Both the position numbers and the translations under genes were made by a program. The notes below the pieces were generated by a model, which saw only the letters and a program-made list of their open reading frames with translations, was not told the DNA's origin and did not search any database. From positions 11,390 to 75,389 of the IMG/VR virus record IMGVR_UViG_3300014838_000020: DNA of 64,000 bases; one strand, given 5' to 3'. Shown piece by piece: positions 39,606 to 49,459 of this stretch (the first letter of the stretch is position 1; the number at the start of each line of letters is the position of its first letter). Source of the DNA: a virus.

Positions 39606-40916
39606 TTAATCTCCCACCGTATCTCCAACTGTATCTGCATCCAGATCTAATTCTTTAATTACTTCAATAGATGATTTGTCGTCCATGACATACTCCATTA
39701 GATAAGATTTTAAACTACTTCGTCTAGATTTTAGAATTTCAAATACTTTAACTTCTTGTTTCATCATTTCTTGAGTGGCAGAAATACCTATAGCCATACT
39801 AACATTTTGTTCAATCTGTGAAGACAAAGCAATATGCTGCAGTCCACCACGTTGATTCTTCTTATTTTGTGAATCTCTGTTGAATTGAACGAGCCAAATA
39901 CTTGCTAGATTCATTTCCTTATTAATTCTAGTGATATCAACGATGAGTTCACCCATCTGTGCTGTCTGGGCATTATTGTTGCCTCTATAACTACCCTCTG
40001 GGGTTAACCAACTTAACTGGTCACCTATTACTAATTCTGCACCCCAAAGTTTTGCTCTACTATATAGATCTTGTACGGTTCGTTCAGATGCATGAGAAGG
40101 AGTATCGATAAGTAGGTTATCACCAAATGATTCAATCTCTGTCCGAGCACTTTTAAGTTGCTCTAACTCTAGAGAGTTTAGCTCTCCTCTTTCATATTTG
40201 GAAAAACTAACACCACTTACTAGACAGTCCAACCGCTTTAGTTCCAGCTCTTTATCGAGCTCAAGATTCAACAGATAAACTTTTGTACCACGGCGAGCAG
40301 CTTCTAGAGCTAACTTTGCACCAGTTAAGGATTTACCAATTCCAGTGTAACCAACAATTACTGCTAGTTCCCCTGGATGAATACCATATAGTTGGTCATT
40401 AATTAGATCCCAACCGAAATAAATGCCCTTACGTTTTTTTGATTTTTCTAAATCAATTGTAGAATCAATATACTCATCTACTCTATGTTGGAATCTATCT
40501 TTATATACTTCAATACGTTCTCTAGTTGAAGTATCTTCTTGAACTTTAGATAATCTTGATATAGCAATATTAATTGCTTTTTCTGGATCATCATCTAAAG
40601 CATCAGCTGATTCCAAAAGAATTTTTTGTACGTTGGCTCTACGATATTTCTCTAACAGATCATTAGTAATAATATGAACCAGATATTCTTCATCAGGCCA
40701 TCCAGTAGTATTAAAATAACTTTCAAACTTTATTTTCAAAAGATTTTCAGTTGGTGCTGTTTTAAATTCTGATTTAATTAAGTAATCTAAAGCAAATTTG
40801 TATATTTCTCTAATAGAATTATCGAAAAAATGCTCAGATCTTACACCTTTATCCCACAGATACTGTAGGTCGTTAATATTGACAAAATTCCTAATTGCTG
40901 TATATTCTAAATCCAT
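39606..40916 (-). CDS. dnaB: Replicative helicase
   Basis: GELAVIVGYTGIGKS Walker A, NLEL, GDQL, QFNR, IEQ and KSRR motifs. Confidence 0.9.
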   Translation of the reverse strand: MDLEYTAIRNFVNINDLQYLWDKGVRSEHFFDNSIREIYKFALDYLIKSEFKTAPTENLLKIKFESYFNTTGWPDEEYLVHIITNDLLEKYRRANVQKILLESADALDDDPEKAINIAISRLSKVQEDTSTRERIEVYKDRFQHRVDEYIDSTIDLEKSKKRKGIYFGWDLINDQLYGIHPGELAVIVGYTGIGKSLTGAKLALEAARRGTKVYLLNLELDKELELKRLDCLVSGVSFSKYERGELNSLELEQLKSARTEIESFGDNLLIDTPSHASERTVQDLYSRAKLWGAELVIGDQLSWLTPEGSYRGNNNAQTAQMGELIVDITRINKEMNLASIWLVQFNRDSQNKKNQRGGLQHIALSSQIEQNVSMAIGISATQEMMKQEVKVFEILKSRRSSLKSYLMEYVMDDKSSIEVIKELDLDADTVGDTVGD

Positions 40917-40939
40917 TAAGTTTAAACTCCGTTTAACTG

Positions 40940-41140
40940 TTATAGATCATTGTGATCGACGACGGGAATTGCTTCTAGTATCATAATACAATCATTAATC
41001 GTATCTTTGTGTTCACCATCGAGAACTTCTAGAACTACCTTACCAAACGGTGAATCATCAAATTTCGAAGAAGGCATTTCCATCTTCTTAAATAGTTTTA
41101 GCGCTGCTATTGCAACACTTTTCTCAATTAACTCACTCAT
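40940..41140 (-). CDS. Hypothetical protein
   Basis: 66-aa ORF with RBS. Confidence 0.5.
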   Translation of the reverse strand: MSELIEKSVAIAALKLFKKMEMPSSKFDDSPFGKVVLEVLDGEHKDTINDCIMILEAIPVVDHNDL

Positions 41141-41160
41141 GACTTCCTTCTTTCGTTTGT

Positions 41161-41955
41161 TTAATATATTTTTCTAATTTTTTGTTCTTTAATTTCAGCT
41201 AGAACTCTTGTTCTCGCCTGCTCTCGGTAGTCAACACCGATGGTCTCTTTCAGAATCATTCGTTCTTTCAATAGAGAGAATATAGCAGATCCGTAGCCTT
41301 CATTCAACTCATCTTTGGTAAGATTTGTTGTCATAAACGTTGATCGACTGTCCAAAGCTCTTTGACGAAGAACATGGTCAAAAGTTGCCTCGGAAAGATT
41401 TGATTTGGCTATAAATTCTTTCCCAACATCATCAAGAATGAATACATCTGCTTTAATGACGTTATCTTCAAATCTATCTCGATCGGTATTGTTACCCCAA
41501 CCTCTAGTGAACTCATCAATCATCTGAGTGAATGTAGCAAAGTATACAGAGTAACCTAATTTAACTAACTCTTTTGCCGTTAGAGCAGCCAATAGAGTCT
41601 TACCAGTTCCCCATGAACCATAATACAAAATACCAATACCATTTTTTACCATAGCCTTATGTTGATTCAAATAAGTCTCTGCTACTGCTAACGCTTTTGG
41701 GTCACCATGATAGTCAGACCAGTCGAGTCTTTGATAGGTTTGACCTATACCAGCGTTTAGATAGTGTTTATAAAGTTGAAGTTGTTGTTTGCATTCTCCA
41801 CAGCAGTTATCAGACTTTGGACCATCGCACGTAGGACAACCACGTTTAGCGAATTTAGATAAATTAGGATTCCTGTGTGATAGAAATTCTATTACATTAT
41901 CTGATAAGAACTCGTAAGTTAAATCCTTATAATCATTTTCCCATGAGATTAACAA
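41161..41955 (-). CDS. DnaC/IstB-like helicase loader
   Basis: GSWGTGKT Walker A, FILDDVGKE Walker B, TTNL; N-terminal Cys cluster. Confidence 0.88.
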   Translation of the reverse strand: MLISWENDYKDLTYEFLSDNVIEFLSHRNPNLSKFAKRGCPTCDGPKSDNCCGECKQQLQLYKHYLNAGIGQTYQRLDWSDYHGDPKALAVAETYLNQHKAMVKNGIGILYYGSWGTGKTLLAALTAKELVKLGYSVYFATFTQMIDEFTRGWGNNTDRDRFEDNVIKADVFILDDVGKEFIAKSNLSEATFDHVLRQRALDSRSTFMTTNLTKDELNEGYGSAIFSLLKERMILKETIGVDYREQARTRVLAEIKEQKIRKIY

Positions 41956-42367
41956 AATCTTCTCCGTCTAAAGTTCCAGTAGCCGTTGATGGCTTATTCT
42001 TTTTATTGCGTTCTTCCCACAGTGCATTAAATAAAATGTCCTGTATCCACTTAGCTCCCTTTGAAAATCCAGTAGCTGTAATAATATTACCATTAATATT
42101 ACCCTTGAACTTATCAAACAGGACATCAATTATTTCAGGTGCATCTACTCCATATCGAGCCATAAAACCTTTGATACAAGAAGTCTCTTTATCCCACTCG
42201 ATAATGTAAGGGATATTATGTGTTTCTTCAAATCTCTTTGCAAAATATACTAAGAGATCTCTAGGTTTTGTTAAATCTAATTTACGTTCAGTAGAGGTTT
42301 CAACAATGGTAGGTTCGGCTTTTTCATTGTCACTATTATCGTTCTGTATCTCCCATGATTCTGGCAT
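41933..42367 (-). CDS. Hypothetical protein (replication initiator candidate; start probably MPESW)
   Basis: Directly upstream of and overlapping the DnaC-like gene. Confidence 0.4.
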   Translation of the reverse strand: MPESWEIQNDNSDNEKAEPTIVETSTERKLDLTKPRDLLVYFAKRFEETHNIPYIIEWDKETSCIKGFMARYGVDAPEIIDVLFDKFKGNINGNIITATGFSKGAKWIQDILFNALWEERNKKNKPSTATGTLDGEDFVNLMGK

Positions 42368-42758
42368 TCTTATTTTCCCTATCTTCTTTAAGTGACTTAT
42401 TGAAAGCGTAAGAAACATTAGCAAAGTTTTTAACTTTGTTTTCTATTTCCTCTGCCTCATCCTTGTTCAAATCCTTGATTGATGTACCTGTTGGTGAAAT
42501 TAATGTAATGCTCTCTTTAGAGATTAGATGAAAAGAATAATCATGTTCTACATCCCCATCATTTTCAGCTCCCCATACCTGTACCCAATATTCATCCAAT
42601 CCAGCTAAAAAACCTGAGATAGCATAACCATCTGCAATGATCTGAATTTTTTGTCGCTTCATAGCCCAAAGAGAAAGATTTCTTTCGAACATATCTTCCG
42701 ATTCTTGAGCTAATCTTTGATGAATTCCCATTGTTGCTGTTGTTACTGTTTCTGACAT
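42336..42758 (-). CDS. Hypothetical protein (possible Sm/Hfq-like beta fold)
   Basis: 'IQIIADGYAISGFLAGLDEYWVQV...LISKESITLI' recalls Sm1/Sm2 motifs. Confidence 0.4.
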   Translation of the reverse strand: MSETVTTATMGIHQRLAQESEDMFERNLSLWAMKRQKIQIIADGYAISGFLAGLDEYWVQVWGAENDGDVEHDYSFHLISKESITLISPTGTSIKDLNKDEAEEIENKVKNFANVSYAFNKSLKEDRENKNARIMGDTER

Positions 42759-42780
42759 ATTTTCCTTTACTTGTTAAAAA

Positions 42781-42939
42781 CTAATCTTGACATTCAAGAT
42801 CAATGTAATTTGTTAGAAAGAAATTAACTACTTCCATTGGATCTTTATCGGCCCAACTTTCTAGTTCACTTATATAGCCACATGCCATATGGAATAGCTT
42901 CTTGTAATCGTATGTAGCTTCTGCTACGTCAGCACTCAT
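42781..42939 (-). CDS. Small hypothetical protein (52 aa, not in ORF track)
   Basis: MSADVAEATYDY...LECQD* with GAGGAG RBS. Confidence 0.5.
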   Translation of the reverse strand: MSADVAEATYDYKKLFHMACGYISELESWADKDPMEVVNFFLTNYIDLECQD

Positions 42940-42971
42940 TTAATACTTCTCCTCGTACTACTAATCTCTTA

Positions 42972-43388
42972 TTATTTAGTATACACTACTTCATCATCGG
43001 AGTCAAGTACCCCGGCCTCTCGAAAATCTATTTTTGCTTGGATTAAATGGCCTTTCATGTTCTTAGTTCCATACCCTCCAGGGAATAGTATAGCGTAATC
43101 AATTCCTGATTTGATCATTTCTTCATTACGTACATTGCCCCCAGCCTTACCGTACTTAGACCAGTTAGCCGGATGCGGTTCTACTGTAAAGTTATTATAT
43201 GTAGCCCACATTGCAGCTATTCGATCAACCCCACCGGCATCTCCATGAACAACAGTTATTCCTGCATCCGTTTCTTCCCAAGTTTCTTGTTCTTCACTCC
43301 ACTCGTTAACGAACCATTCAGTTAATGTCTGTTCAATAAATCTATAAGCGTAAAAATCTCTTCCACCGGCAACTAATAATCTAAACAT
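42972..43388 (-). CDS. YspA/DUF2493 SLOG-family protein
   Basis: RLLVAGGRDF, VVHGDAGGVD, PANWSKYGKAGGNVRNEEM, FPGGYGT. Confidence 0.85.
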   Translation of the reverse strand: MFRLLVAGGRDFYAYRFIEQTLTEWFVNEWSEEQETWEETDAGITVVHGDAGGVDRIAAMWATYNNFTVEPHPANWSKYGKAGGNVRNEEMIKSGIDYAILFPGGYGTKNMKGHLIQAKIDFREAGVLDSDDEVVYTK

Positions 43389-43397
43389 TTTACTCCT

Positions 43398-44429
43398 TTA
43401 CATATCATTAAAGATATCAAAATCCGATTGCTCATCTACAGAGTCCCAAAAATCTAGGGAATGCATTGAACCAATATTGCAAATTCTACTGGGCATGTTA
43501 AATTCTACCATAGAAACTACCTCTTGATCACATGGATCTACAGCAATTGTCGAAGTGTCATTTCTTAACATGCTGATTAGTTCGTTAGCATCATTTATAG
43601 ACTTTGCTATATATATTCTTATATCTCCGTAAAGATTATTGATTTGAAAAGAGTTAACACCTTTTATAACATGAAGATAACGAGATATTTTTTCTTTAGT
43701 AATAAATCGTATTAGATTTGCTTGCTGTACAAAATTTAGTTTTGATCGAAATTCTTCTATTTGTTCTCCATAGACTGAACTGTATATATCACTAATTTTA
43801 GTTAGAATTTCTTGATTTGGTTCCCCAATAAATATATAGAATTTAGGAGATAATGAACCAAGCCCATAAAAATTGAAGAAATCAAAACAAATGTTATCAA
43901 TTAATGTATCTGTTATAGAGTTACTATTGACTACTCCAAAGGATAGTTTATCTTCATGAGTGTGAATTCTACGATGCTTAGTTGCTAATGTCTTATAATA
44001 TTCTATAGTTTCATAATTACCAAAAACTATAATATCTGTTGCATTATCAATTGTATTTCTCCAACTAGAAGATAACTCTACTTCTTGATCAGTGCCTATG
44101 TGTACACTAGTTTTAATTTCATAAGTATTATGATTTTTAATAATATTTTCTATAATTAAAGCTTCATCCAATGATGATGGCTTTATGTCTATAGTATCTG
44201 CACCACTAAGTTGCAGTGCCAAAAATACACTTTTAGAAATTGTTAGTGGTGTACCATCTGATCCTATTAGTACTATTTTTCGTTTGGTTTTATTATTATG
44301 CTGATTAAAGTAAGGTGGTATAAAACTATTACTAATTAATCGTTCATAATCACTTTCTAAAAATTCACCAAATTGACTTAAAATTGATGAAAGATTATTA
44401 TCATTATTAATATAATAATTATTATTCAT
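43398..44429 (-). CDS. LuxC-like acyl-CoA/acyl-protein reductase homolog, catalytic Cys apparently replaced
   Basis: 'DIIVFGNYETI', 'KLSFGVV', 'GLGSLSPK' (family GCxSP), 'SRICNIGSMH...WDSVD'. Confidence 0.65.
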   Translation of the reverse strand: MNNNYYINNDNNLSSILSQFGEFLESDYERLISNSFIPPYFNQHNNKTKRKIVLIGSDGTPLTISKSVFLALQLSGADTIDIKPSSLDEALIIENIIKNHNTYEIKTSVHIGTDQEVELSSSWRNTIDNATDIIVFGNYETIEYYKTLATKHRRIHTHEDKLSFGVVNSNSITDTLIDNICFDFFNFYGLGSLSPKFYIFIGEPNQEILTKISDIYSSVYGEQIEEFRSKLNFVQQANLIRFITKEKISRYLHVIKGVNSFQINNLYGDIRIYIAKSINDANELISMLRNDTSTIAVDPCDQEVVSMVEFNMPSRICNIGSMHSLDFWDSVDEQSDFDIFNDM

Positions 44430-44436
44430 ATTAATC

Positions 44437-45465
44437 TTACTTTGGCTTAATACCAGTTTTGATTATTTCATCAGATCGTCTGGTTATTTGTACTGTGCTA
44501 TTACTATACTGAATGCCTAAATCATCACTAATTATGAATGGACAACTCCATACATTAGCTATATCAATAAAAGCTAAATTACCTTCAACTCCAGGTTCAC
44601 ATTCTTCTCCTGTAGTGGGATCTAGTACTCGTACAGAAATAGTAGGTGGCACATAATATGTGAGATTATCTCCCCATCTAAATAATTGACTTGATAGTTC
44701 AGTATTATAGTATATCTGAATTACATCATTTGTAGGAGTATTGAAGTATTTTTTTAGCCAATCATTTAATTCAAAAAGAGTTAAATCCATCTTTGATAAC
44801 TCATAGTAATCCCCAAATTGAAGAATCATTGATGTACCAGAAGTTATATCTATAATAGGATTAGAAGTTAAAGTATCTAGTGTTAACTTAAATTGATAAA
44901 ATTGATTTGGTGTACCTACAATCATTAGTGGTTCATCTGATATTAAACTCTTAGAAGATGTAAATGCTTCTACCGCCTTAGGATCAGTTGGATTTACAGT
45001 CTCATAGATTCCACGAGAACCATATATTAAGAATAAATATTCCCAGATATATGATAAGAGAGAATTAGGTTTTTTATCATCGAGAAAAACAATTCTATTA
45101 GAATTACTAATACTTATTACACTAAAATTAAAATTACTAGTTATTGATGCTCTAAGAAATTCAGTATCTCTTAACACATGATGCTTTGGTTTATTACTCT
45201 GTGAAATGAATTCAATTTCATTAGTAGGATCAAACCCATTAAAGTTATTTAACTGCAATTTTCTCTTAGAAAACTCATAAGAAGGTACTAATGGTATTTT
45301 ACGCCAATCATCTAATTTACCAATAGAATATTTTTTATAGTTCTTATTATGTAAACGATGTAAATCATAGAGATCTAAGGCTATATCACCAAAATTAAAT
45401 TTGTCTGGATTTTTGATATACTCTTTTGTATTATTTAGTATACTATTTATTTTATCGATTTTCAT
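44437..45465 (-). CDS. LuxE-like acyl-protein synthetase homolog, degenerate active site
   Basis: 'IALDLY...N..Y...WRKIPLVP...F', 'YYNTELSSQ' (family YGMTELxSQ), 'PP..VRVLDP...GVEGNLAFIDIANVWSCPFIISDDLG'. Confidence 0.75.
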   Translation of the reverse strand: MKIDKINSILNNTKEYIKNPDKFNFGDIALDLYDLHRLHNKNYKKYSIGKLDDWRKIPLVPSYEFSKRKLQLNNFNGFDPTNEIEFISQSNKPKHHVLRDTEFLRASITSNFNFSVISISNSNRIVFLDDKKPNSLLSYIWEYLFLIYGSRGIYETVNPTDPKAVEAFTSSKSLISDEPLMIVGTPNQFYQFKLTLDTLTSNPIIDITSGTSMILQFGDYYELSKMDLTLFELNDWLKKYFNTPTNDVIQIYYNTELSSQLFRWGDNLTYYVPPTISVRVLDPTTGEECEPGVEGNLAFIDIANVWSCPFIISDDLGIQYSNSTVQITRRSDEIIKTGIKPK

Positions 45466-46415
45466 TGAAGTCTCTTACCAATATTAAATTTGTACCATAA
45501 CAGCAAATTTTGCCAATCCTGTAATATTGTATGAAACTCTAATTGATTTAATAACTCTTTGAACTGGGGAGCCTTAAAGTCATCAGGCATAGTAGGATCA
45601 AACTTTAGATCTTCCATACTAACCGATGGGAACTCCTCTTGGTTATCTAGTTTGATTAGTTTATAAGCTAGCTCAACACTATTCTTTTGAGTTTTTATAT
45701 ACTCATCATTAGCTAATACATTATCAAGTGAACCATAGGTTTCCATTAAACCAGCAGCTTTAACTGGTCCAATATTTTTAGCACCAGCAATTCCGTCTGA
45801 TTTATCGCCCATTAAACTCCATAATTCTGGTAATTGTTCTGGAGTTAAATTATATTTACTAATAACAGCATCATAATCAATTATCTCTTCTTTAATATTT
45901 TTACTAAGACCCAAAGAAGGTTTCAAAACTGTAACATTGGGTCGTATAAGTTGTAACATATCATGATCCAAAGAAACTATTATTACTTCATCGAACTCAT
46001 CTGCAAAATCAATTGAGATTTTTGCAATTATATCATCTGCTTCTACACCACTGAACATCCTTTGGCATATATTTGCAGCATCCATCAAAGAATATACCAT
46101 ATCTCTTTGAGGAGAAAACTCATCTGGATAATCTGGATCGTTCTTTAAATTATCTTTTAATTTTTGTTGTCGTCTACGTTCACGATTAGCTTTATATTCT
46201 GGATATAAATCCCTTCGTTTTTGAGATCTACCTTTATCAAAGGCTACAATCATATGAGTTGGTTCTAAGCGTTTAGTTAAATAACTTATAGTATTTAGAA
46301 AACCATAAACACCCCAAGTTGGTTCGTTTTTGGAGTTACGAAGATCATGTACACGTAATGACGTGTAGGCTCTCAGCAACAATGAAGTGCCATCTAGAAT
46401 TAATAGCTTTTTAAT
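45462..46415 (-). CDS. 5'-3' exonuclease/flap endonuclease (PolA N-terminal/T4 RNase H-like); probable ATT start
   Basis: KLLILDG (upstream of the called start), AFDKG, YKANR, EADDII, DHDMLQL, GDKSDGIAGAKNIGP. Confidence 0.9.
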   Translation of the reverse strand: MKKLLILDGTSLLLRAYTSLRVHDLRNSKNEPTWGVYGFLNTISYLTKRLEPTHMIVAFDKGRSQKRRDLYPEYKANRERRRQQKLKDNLKNDPDYPDEFSPQRDMVYSLMDAANICQRMFSGVEADDIIAKISIDFADEFDEVIIVSLDHDMLQLIRPNVTVLKPSLGLSKNIKEEIIDYDAVISKYNLTPEQLPELWSLMGDKSDGIAGAKNIGPVKAAGLMETYGSLDNVLANDEYIKTQKNSVELAYKLIKLDNQEEFPSVSMEDLKFDPTMPDDFKAPQFKELLNQLEFHTILQDWQNLLLWYKFNIGKRLQ

Positions 46416-46426
46416 AGTTAATATAT

Positions 46427-46455
46427 AGTATATAACATTTATGTTACTTTGTCAA
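46427..46455 (-). promoter_or_regulatory. Promoter for the exonuclease-LuxE-LuxC-SLOG operon
   Basis: TTGACA-17 nt-TATACT. Confidence 0.8.
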
Positions 46456-46467
46456 ATTAGCTAATAT

Positions 46468-46704
46468 TTACTGTTCTGCAGGTAACATTCCTTTGGCCCT
46501 TTTGCCTGGTACTGGTGTCGCATGGCATTTATGTTCAACAGCAGATACGGGGATGGGAGATATGTAAACGAACTCACACTCTGCACATTTCCACTTTTTT
46601 GCGGTTTTTGAGACAACCTTCTTTTTTTCGGCATTATCCTTCACCTCTGGTAAGGGTTCCAATTTACTTTCTGTTTCTTCAATTACTGGTTTATCTGCGT
46701 TCAT
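46468..46704 (-). CDS. Hypothetical protein
   Basis: Tiled ORF, WKCAEC. Confidence 0.5.
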   Translation of the reverse strand: MNADKPVIEETESKLEPLPEVKDNAEKKKVVSKTAKKWKCAECEFVYISPIPVSAVEHKCHATPVPGKRAKGMLPAEQ

Positions 46705-47078
46705 TATTTATTCCTTTTCCCACTTTTAACATCCTCTTTATAGCGCCTTACTGCGGATTTTTGCATTAATTTCCTATACTTTAGATCATCTGAATGAAGT
46801 CCGTGTCCAGAAACCCAACCGCATACTTGACATCCATTGCCCTTCTCACCCTGATGTTTATGGGGAATATGCTGCGTTCCAGTTTTCATCCATTTATCAC
46901 GTCCCTGACTGCCGTGACGTTGATAGTTCTTATCGTGTTCAGTGCAATAATCAGTCAAACAAGGGAATCCACAGAAATCGTAGTGGTCGTCCCCATAACC
47001 CGAAGTAAGAACAAATGACAGTTCATTATTTGCGTTAAGAGTTTTATCGCAGGCATCACATTTTTTTTGTTCACTCAT
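46704..47078 (-). CDS. Hypothetical Zn-binding protein
   Basis: CDAC...FCGFPC and CQVC motifs; tiled. Confidence 0.55.
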   Translation of the reverse strand: MSEQKKCDACDKTLNANNELSFVLTSGYGDDHYDFCGFPCLTDYCTEHDKNYQRHGSQGRDKWMKTGTQHIPHKHQGEKGNGCQVCGWVSGHGLHSDDLKYRKLMQKSAVRRYKEDVKSGKRNK

Positions 47079-47266
47079 TATTCTGCCTCATCTTCTGGAG
47101 TGGCTACCGTTGTAAAACTATTATCACAATAGAGATTTTCATCTCTACCTTGCCAGCCCCAATGTATCCATTTCCCATATGACTTCATAATAGGAACATG
47201 ACAGATTTGACATTCTTTAACTTCCAAGTTACTCACTCTCATTACTCTTCTCCTCGGTGGTCCCAA
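47078..47266 (-). CDS. Small hypothetical protein
   Basis: CQICHVPI...WIH...C...ATP pattern. Confidence 0.5.
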   Translation of the reverse strand: MGPPRRRVMRVSNLEVKECQICHVPIMKSYGKWIHWGWQGRDENLYCDNSFTTVATPEDEAE

Positions 47267-47907
47267 TGGGGTCTGTATTTGCTAAATGGATCACTCTTCT
47301 TAACCTTCTTCTTAGTTGACTTTCTAGGCTTCACTAATGGTACTTCATGAGCCCACGGCTTCTTGCTATTGTCTATCCTAGCAGCTTTCTCTTTCTTATT
47401 CAAGACATACCACGTCTTTTTATGGACTAGGGTAGAAAATGAATCAAACCTTAGAGTCAGTATAGCATGCTGAGAGTTGTCGATGATATTTTTTCTGTGA
47501 AGACTTGCAGCCATTTCTCGAAAATCAGCAATGCAGTACATTCTAGCGAATGATTTGCCTACTCTTAGTGGTTCAATAGAACTACCATCACTGTAGTTAA
47601 AATTCTTACGGTAATGGTGAGCCATAAATGCAGCATAAGATAAATCAAAGAACTGTGCAGCCATATATGCACTAAACCTAGGTAGATTCTCTAAGTCATC
47701 TTGACTATAGGGAGTTTTTTCTATTTCATCTAAGAATAGGACCCAATTATTGGGATACTTATTACAGTTAGGATTTAATGGATTAGTATTAGGATCATCA
47801 GAGTAGAGGCCATCATATTTAGGGGCAGCAAGAAATCCTCCACCAGTAGTTGGTGGAGTATCCGTATCTTGATTACCATATATCTGACGATATTTTCTAC
47901 TATTCAA
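47242..47907 (-). CDS. Hypothetical protein with HTH-like region
   Basis: 'FSAYMAAQFFDLS...RMYCIADFREMA' resembles MerR-like HTH; start uncertain. Confidence 0.45.
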   Translation of the reverse strand: MNSRKYRQIYGNQDTDTPPTTGGGFLAAPKYDGLYSDDPNTNPLNPNCNKYPNNWVLFLDEIEKTPYSQDDLENLPRFSAYMAAQFFDLSYAAFMAHHYRKNFNYSDGSSIEPLRVGKSFARMYCIADFREMAASLHRKNIIDNSQHAILTLRFDSFSTLVHKKTWYVLNKKEKAARIDNSKKPWAHEVPLVKPRKSTKKKVKKSDPFSKYRPHWDHRGEE

Positions 47908-47909
47908 AA

Positions 47910-48155
47910 CTAGTGTTTTTCTTCCAGTTTCAAAACTGCATTCAGTGTTTCAGCAAGTATCTTAGTATCTTCCTGAGTGCGACCATCAACTGATGAAATA
48001 CACCAAGTACGGTCGTATTCATTATCGAAAAGATACAGCCGATGCTTATCTGCCATCCAGTGAAGGTCTTGCGGAACGTCAGCCCATGCGTATTCAGCAG
48101 TATCGCTTCCTCCCCAATAACTCTTTTCAATTTTCCATTTCAACGGTTCTATCAT
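47910..48155 (-). CDS. Hypothetical protein
   Basis: Tiled ORF. Confidence 0.5.
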   Translation of the reverse strand: MIEPLKWKIEKSYWGGSDTAEYAWADVPQDLHWMADKHRLYLFDNEYDRTWCISSVDGRTQEDTKILAETLNAVLKLEEKH

Positions 48156-48851
48156 TTAATTCTCCAAATCTCTAATATATATAGCACTTGTTCTCTTAGA
48201 TTCAACAGAACTTAGGAATACATCTTCACTAAGAATATTTCCCTTTACCATCTCTGCTTCGAGAAACTTCTCATTTACTTCATAGGTAGTAGTAATAACT
48301 TCATCCATTTTACCATCAGGAGTTGTTGTTTCAACCGTAGTAGTAATAACATTAGTTACACTACTAAATTGATCGCCAGTTAATCTCTTCTTAAGACGAT
48401 CTATATCGATGGTGAGTTTTCCACCCCTAATTTCTTTAGAAATCTTAAGTTTATGCTTCTGACTAACTAGTTCGCCGGAAGTTCTATCTGGTTCGATTTG
48501 ATCTAGAGAGATTATATCTTTGGCAAATGTTTTAAGAGTCTCTTCTCGTGATGATAAAATATCATTTACCTTACGAACTGCCAGTAACTCTTCAACTAGA
48601 GTGTCTATTTCAAATTGAGATAAATGTCTAATGTGTGTATCAGTAAATCCTAGTTGATCATCCAAATTATCGATTGCTTCTTGAACTTCAACCATAGTAT
48701 CTATATCTAGATTCACAAACTGTCTCTTAACAGAAGCTCTAGTTGGTAAAACTTCGATTTTTCCATCCCAATTTTCAATAGCTGATTCATAATCTTTTTG
48801 TAACTGTTCAATCGCTGCAGCATCAAATACTTGATCGTTATTTTTACTCAT
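48156..48851 (-). CDS. Hypothetical acidic protein
   Basis: 231 aa, AAGGAG RBS. Confidence 0.6.
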   Translation of the reverse strand: MSKNNDQVFDAAAIEQLQKDYESAIENWDGKIEVLPTRASVKRQFVNLDIDTMVEVQEAIDNLDDQLGFTDTHIRHLSQFEIDTLVEELLAVRKVNDILSSREETLKTFAKDIISLDQIEPDRTSGELVSQKHKLKISKEIRGGKLTIDIDRLKKRLTGDQFSSVTNVITTTVETTTPDGKMDEVITTTYEVNEKFLEAEMVKGNILSEDVFLSSVESKRTSAIYIRDLEN

Positions 48852-49034
48852 TTGTATCTCCTTTATCTATCTGTATATTTTGTAAAATACAGTATACATC
48901 CACATATCCACGTTATTCCTAGTGCAATATATTCTGCGACTAAATTAGGCTTTTTACTGTTTATTCCTTCAAGCAGGAACCCGAGACCACCACAGCTTAT
49001 TAACCAAATAAAGTATCTTTGATAATGACTCATA

Positions 49035-49244
49035 TTAATTTATCTTCTTTCCAACTGGAGCCAAAGTTTTTGGCTCTCCTTCTAGATCTGTGTAATAGGT
49101 AGCTTTTGAAATAGTATCACCTTTATATAATACCATAGCCCATGAAGGACGTAATTCAGTAACAACACCAAATTCTACTTCATCTAATTCTTTATTAGGA
49201 AAGTATGTAACCCTTTGTCCAACTTTACAGTTATCTTTATTCAT
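49035..49244 (-). CDS. Small hypothetical protein (SH3-like; start MNKDN)
   Basis: VGQRVTY...GVVTE pattern; AGGAG RBS. Confidence 0.45.
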   Translation of the reverse strand: MNKDNCKVGQRVTYFPNKELDEVEFGVVTELRPSWAMVLYKGDTISKATYYTDLEGEPKTLAPVGKKIN

Positions 49245-49459
49245 TCTCCTAAATACTTCCTTTCGTTCTTTTTTGGCATTAGAAATGCTCGACAAGTACA
49301 ATATCCCCAAAGATCGGCTCGTTTAAATATTTTATTACTAAAGTTATAATAACCACACTTACCATGGGGATTATATGAAGGATGCTTATACTTAGCATGT
49401 CCACAATAATCACAGAGTATTAACTGTCGTTTACGATACCACTGTCTAGGAGTTCTCAT
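49241..49459 (-). CDS. Small Cys/His-rich protein
   Basis: CDYCGH...H...C...CTCRAF. Confidence 0.5.
   Translation of the reverse strand: MRTPRQWYRKRQLILCDYCGHAKYKHPSYNPHGKCGYYNFSNKIFKRADLWGYCTCRAFLMPKKNERKYLGE

Noticed and set aside
33809-40916. Inteins or introns in dnaE, primase or dnaB
   Set aside because: Lengths and motif spacing are normal; no C...HN-[CST] splice signature seen
43398-45465. Bioluminescence operon
   Set aside because: No luxA/luxB/luxD, and the catalytic cysteines of the LuxC/LuxE homologs appear to be missing
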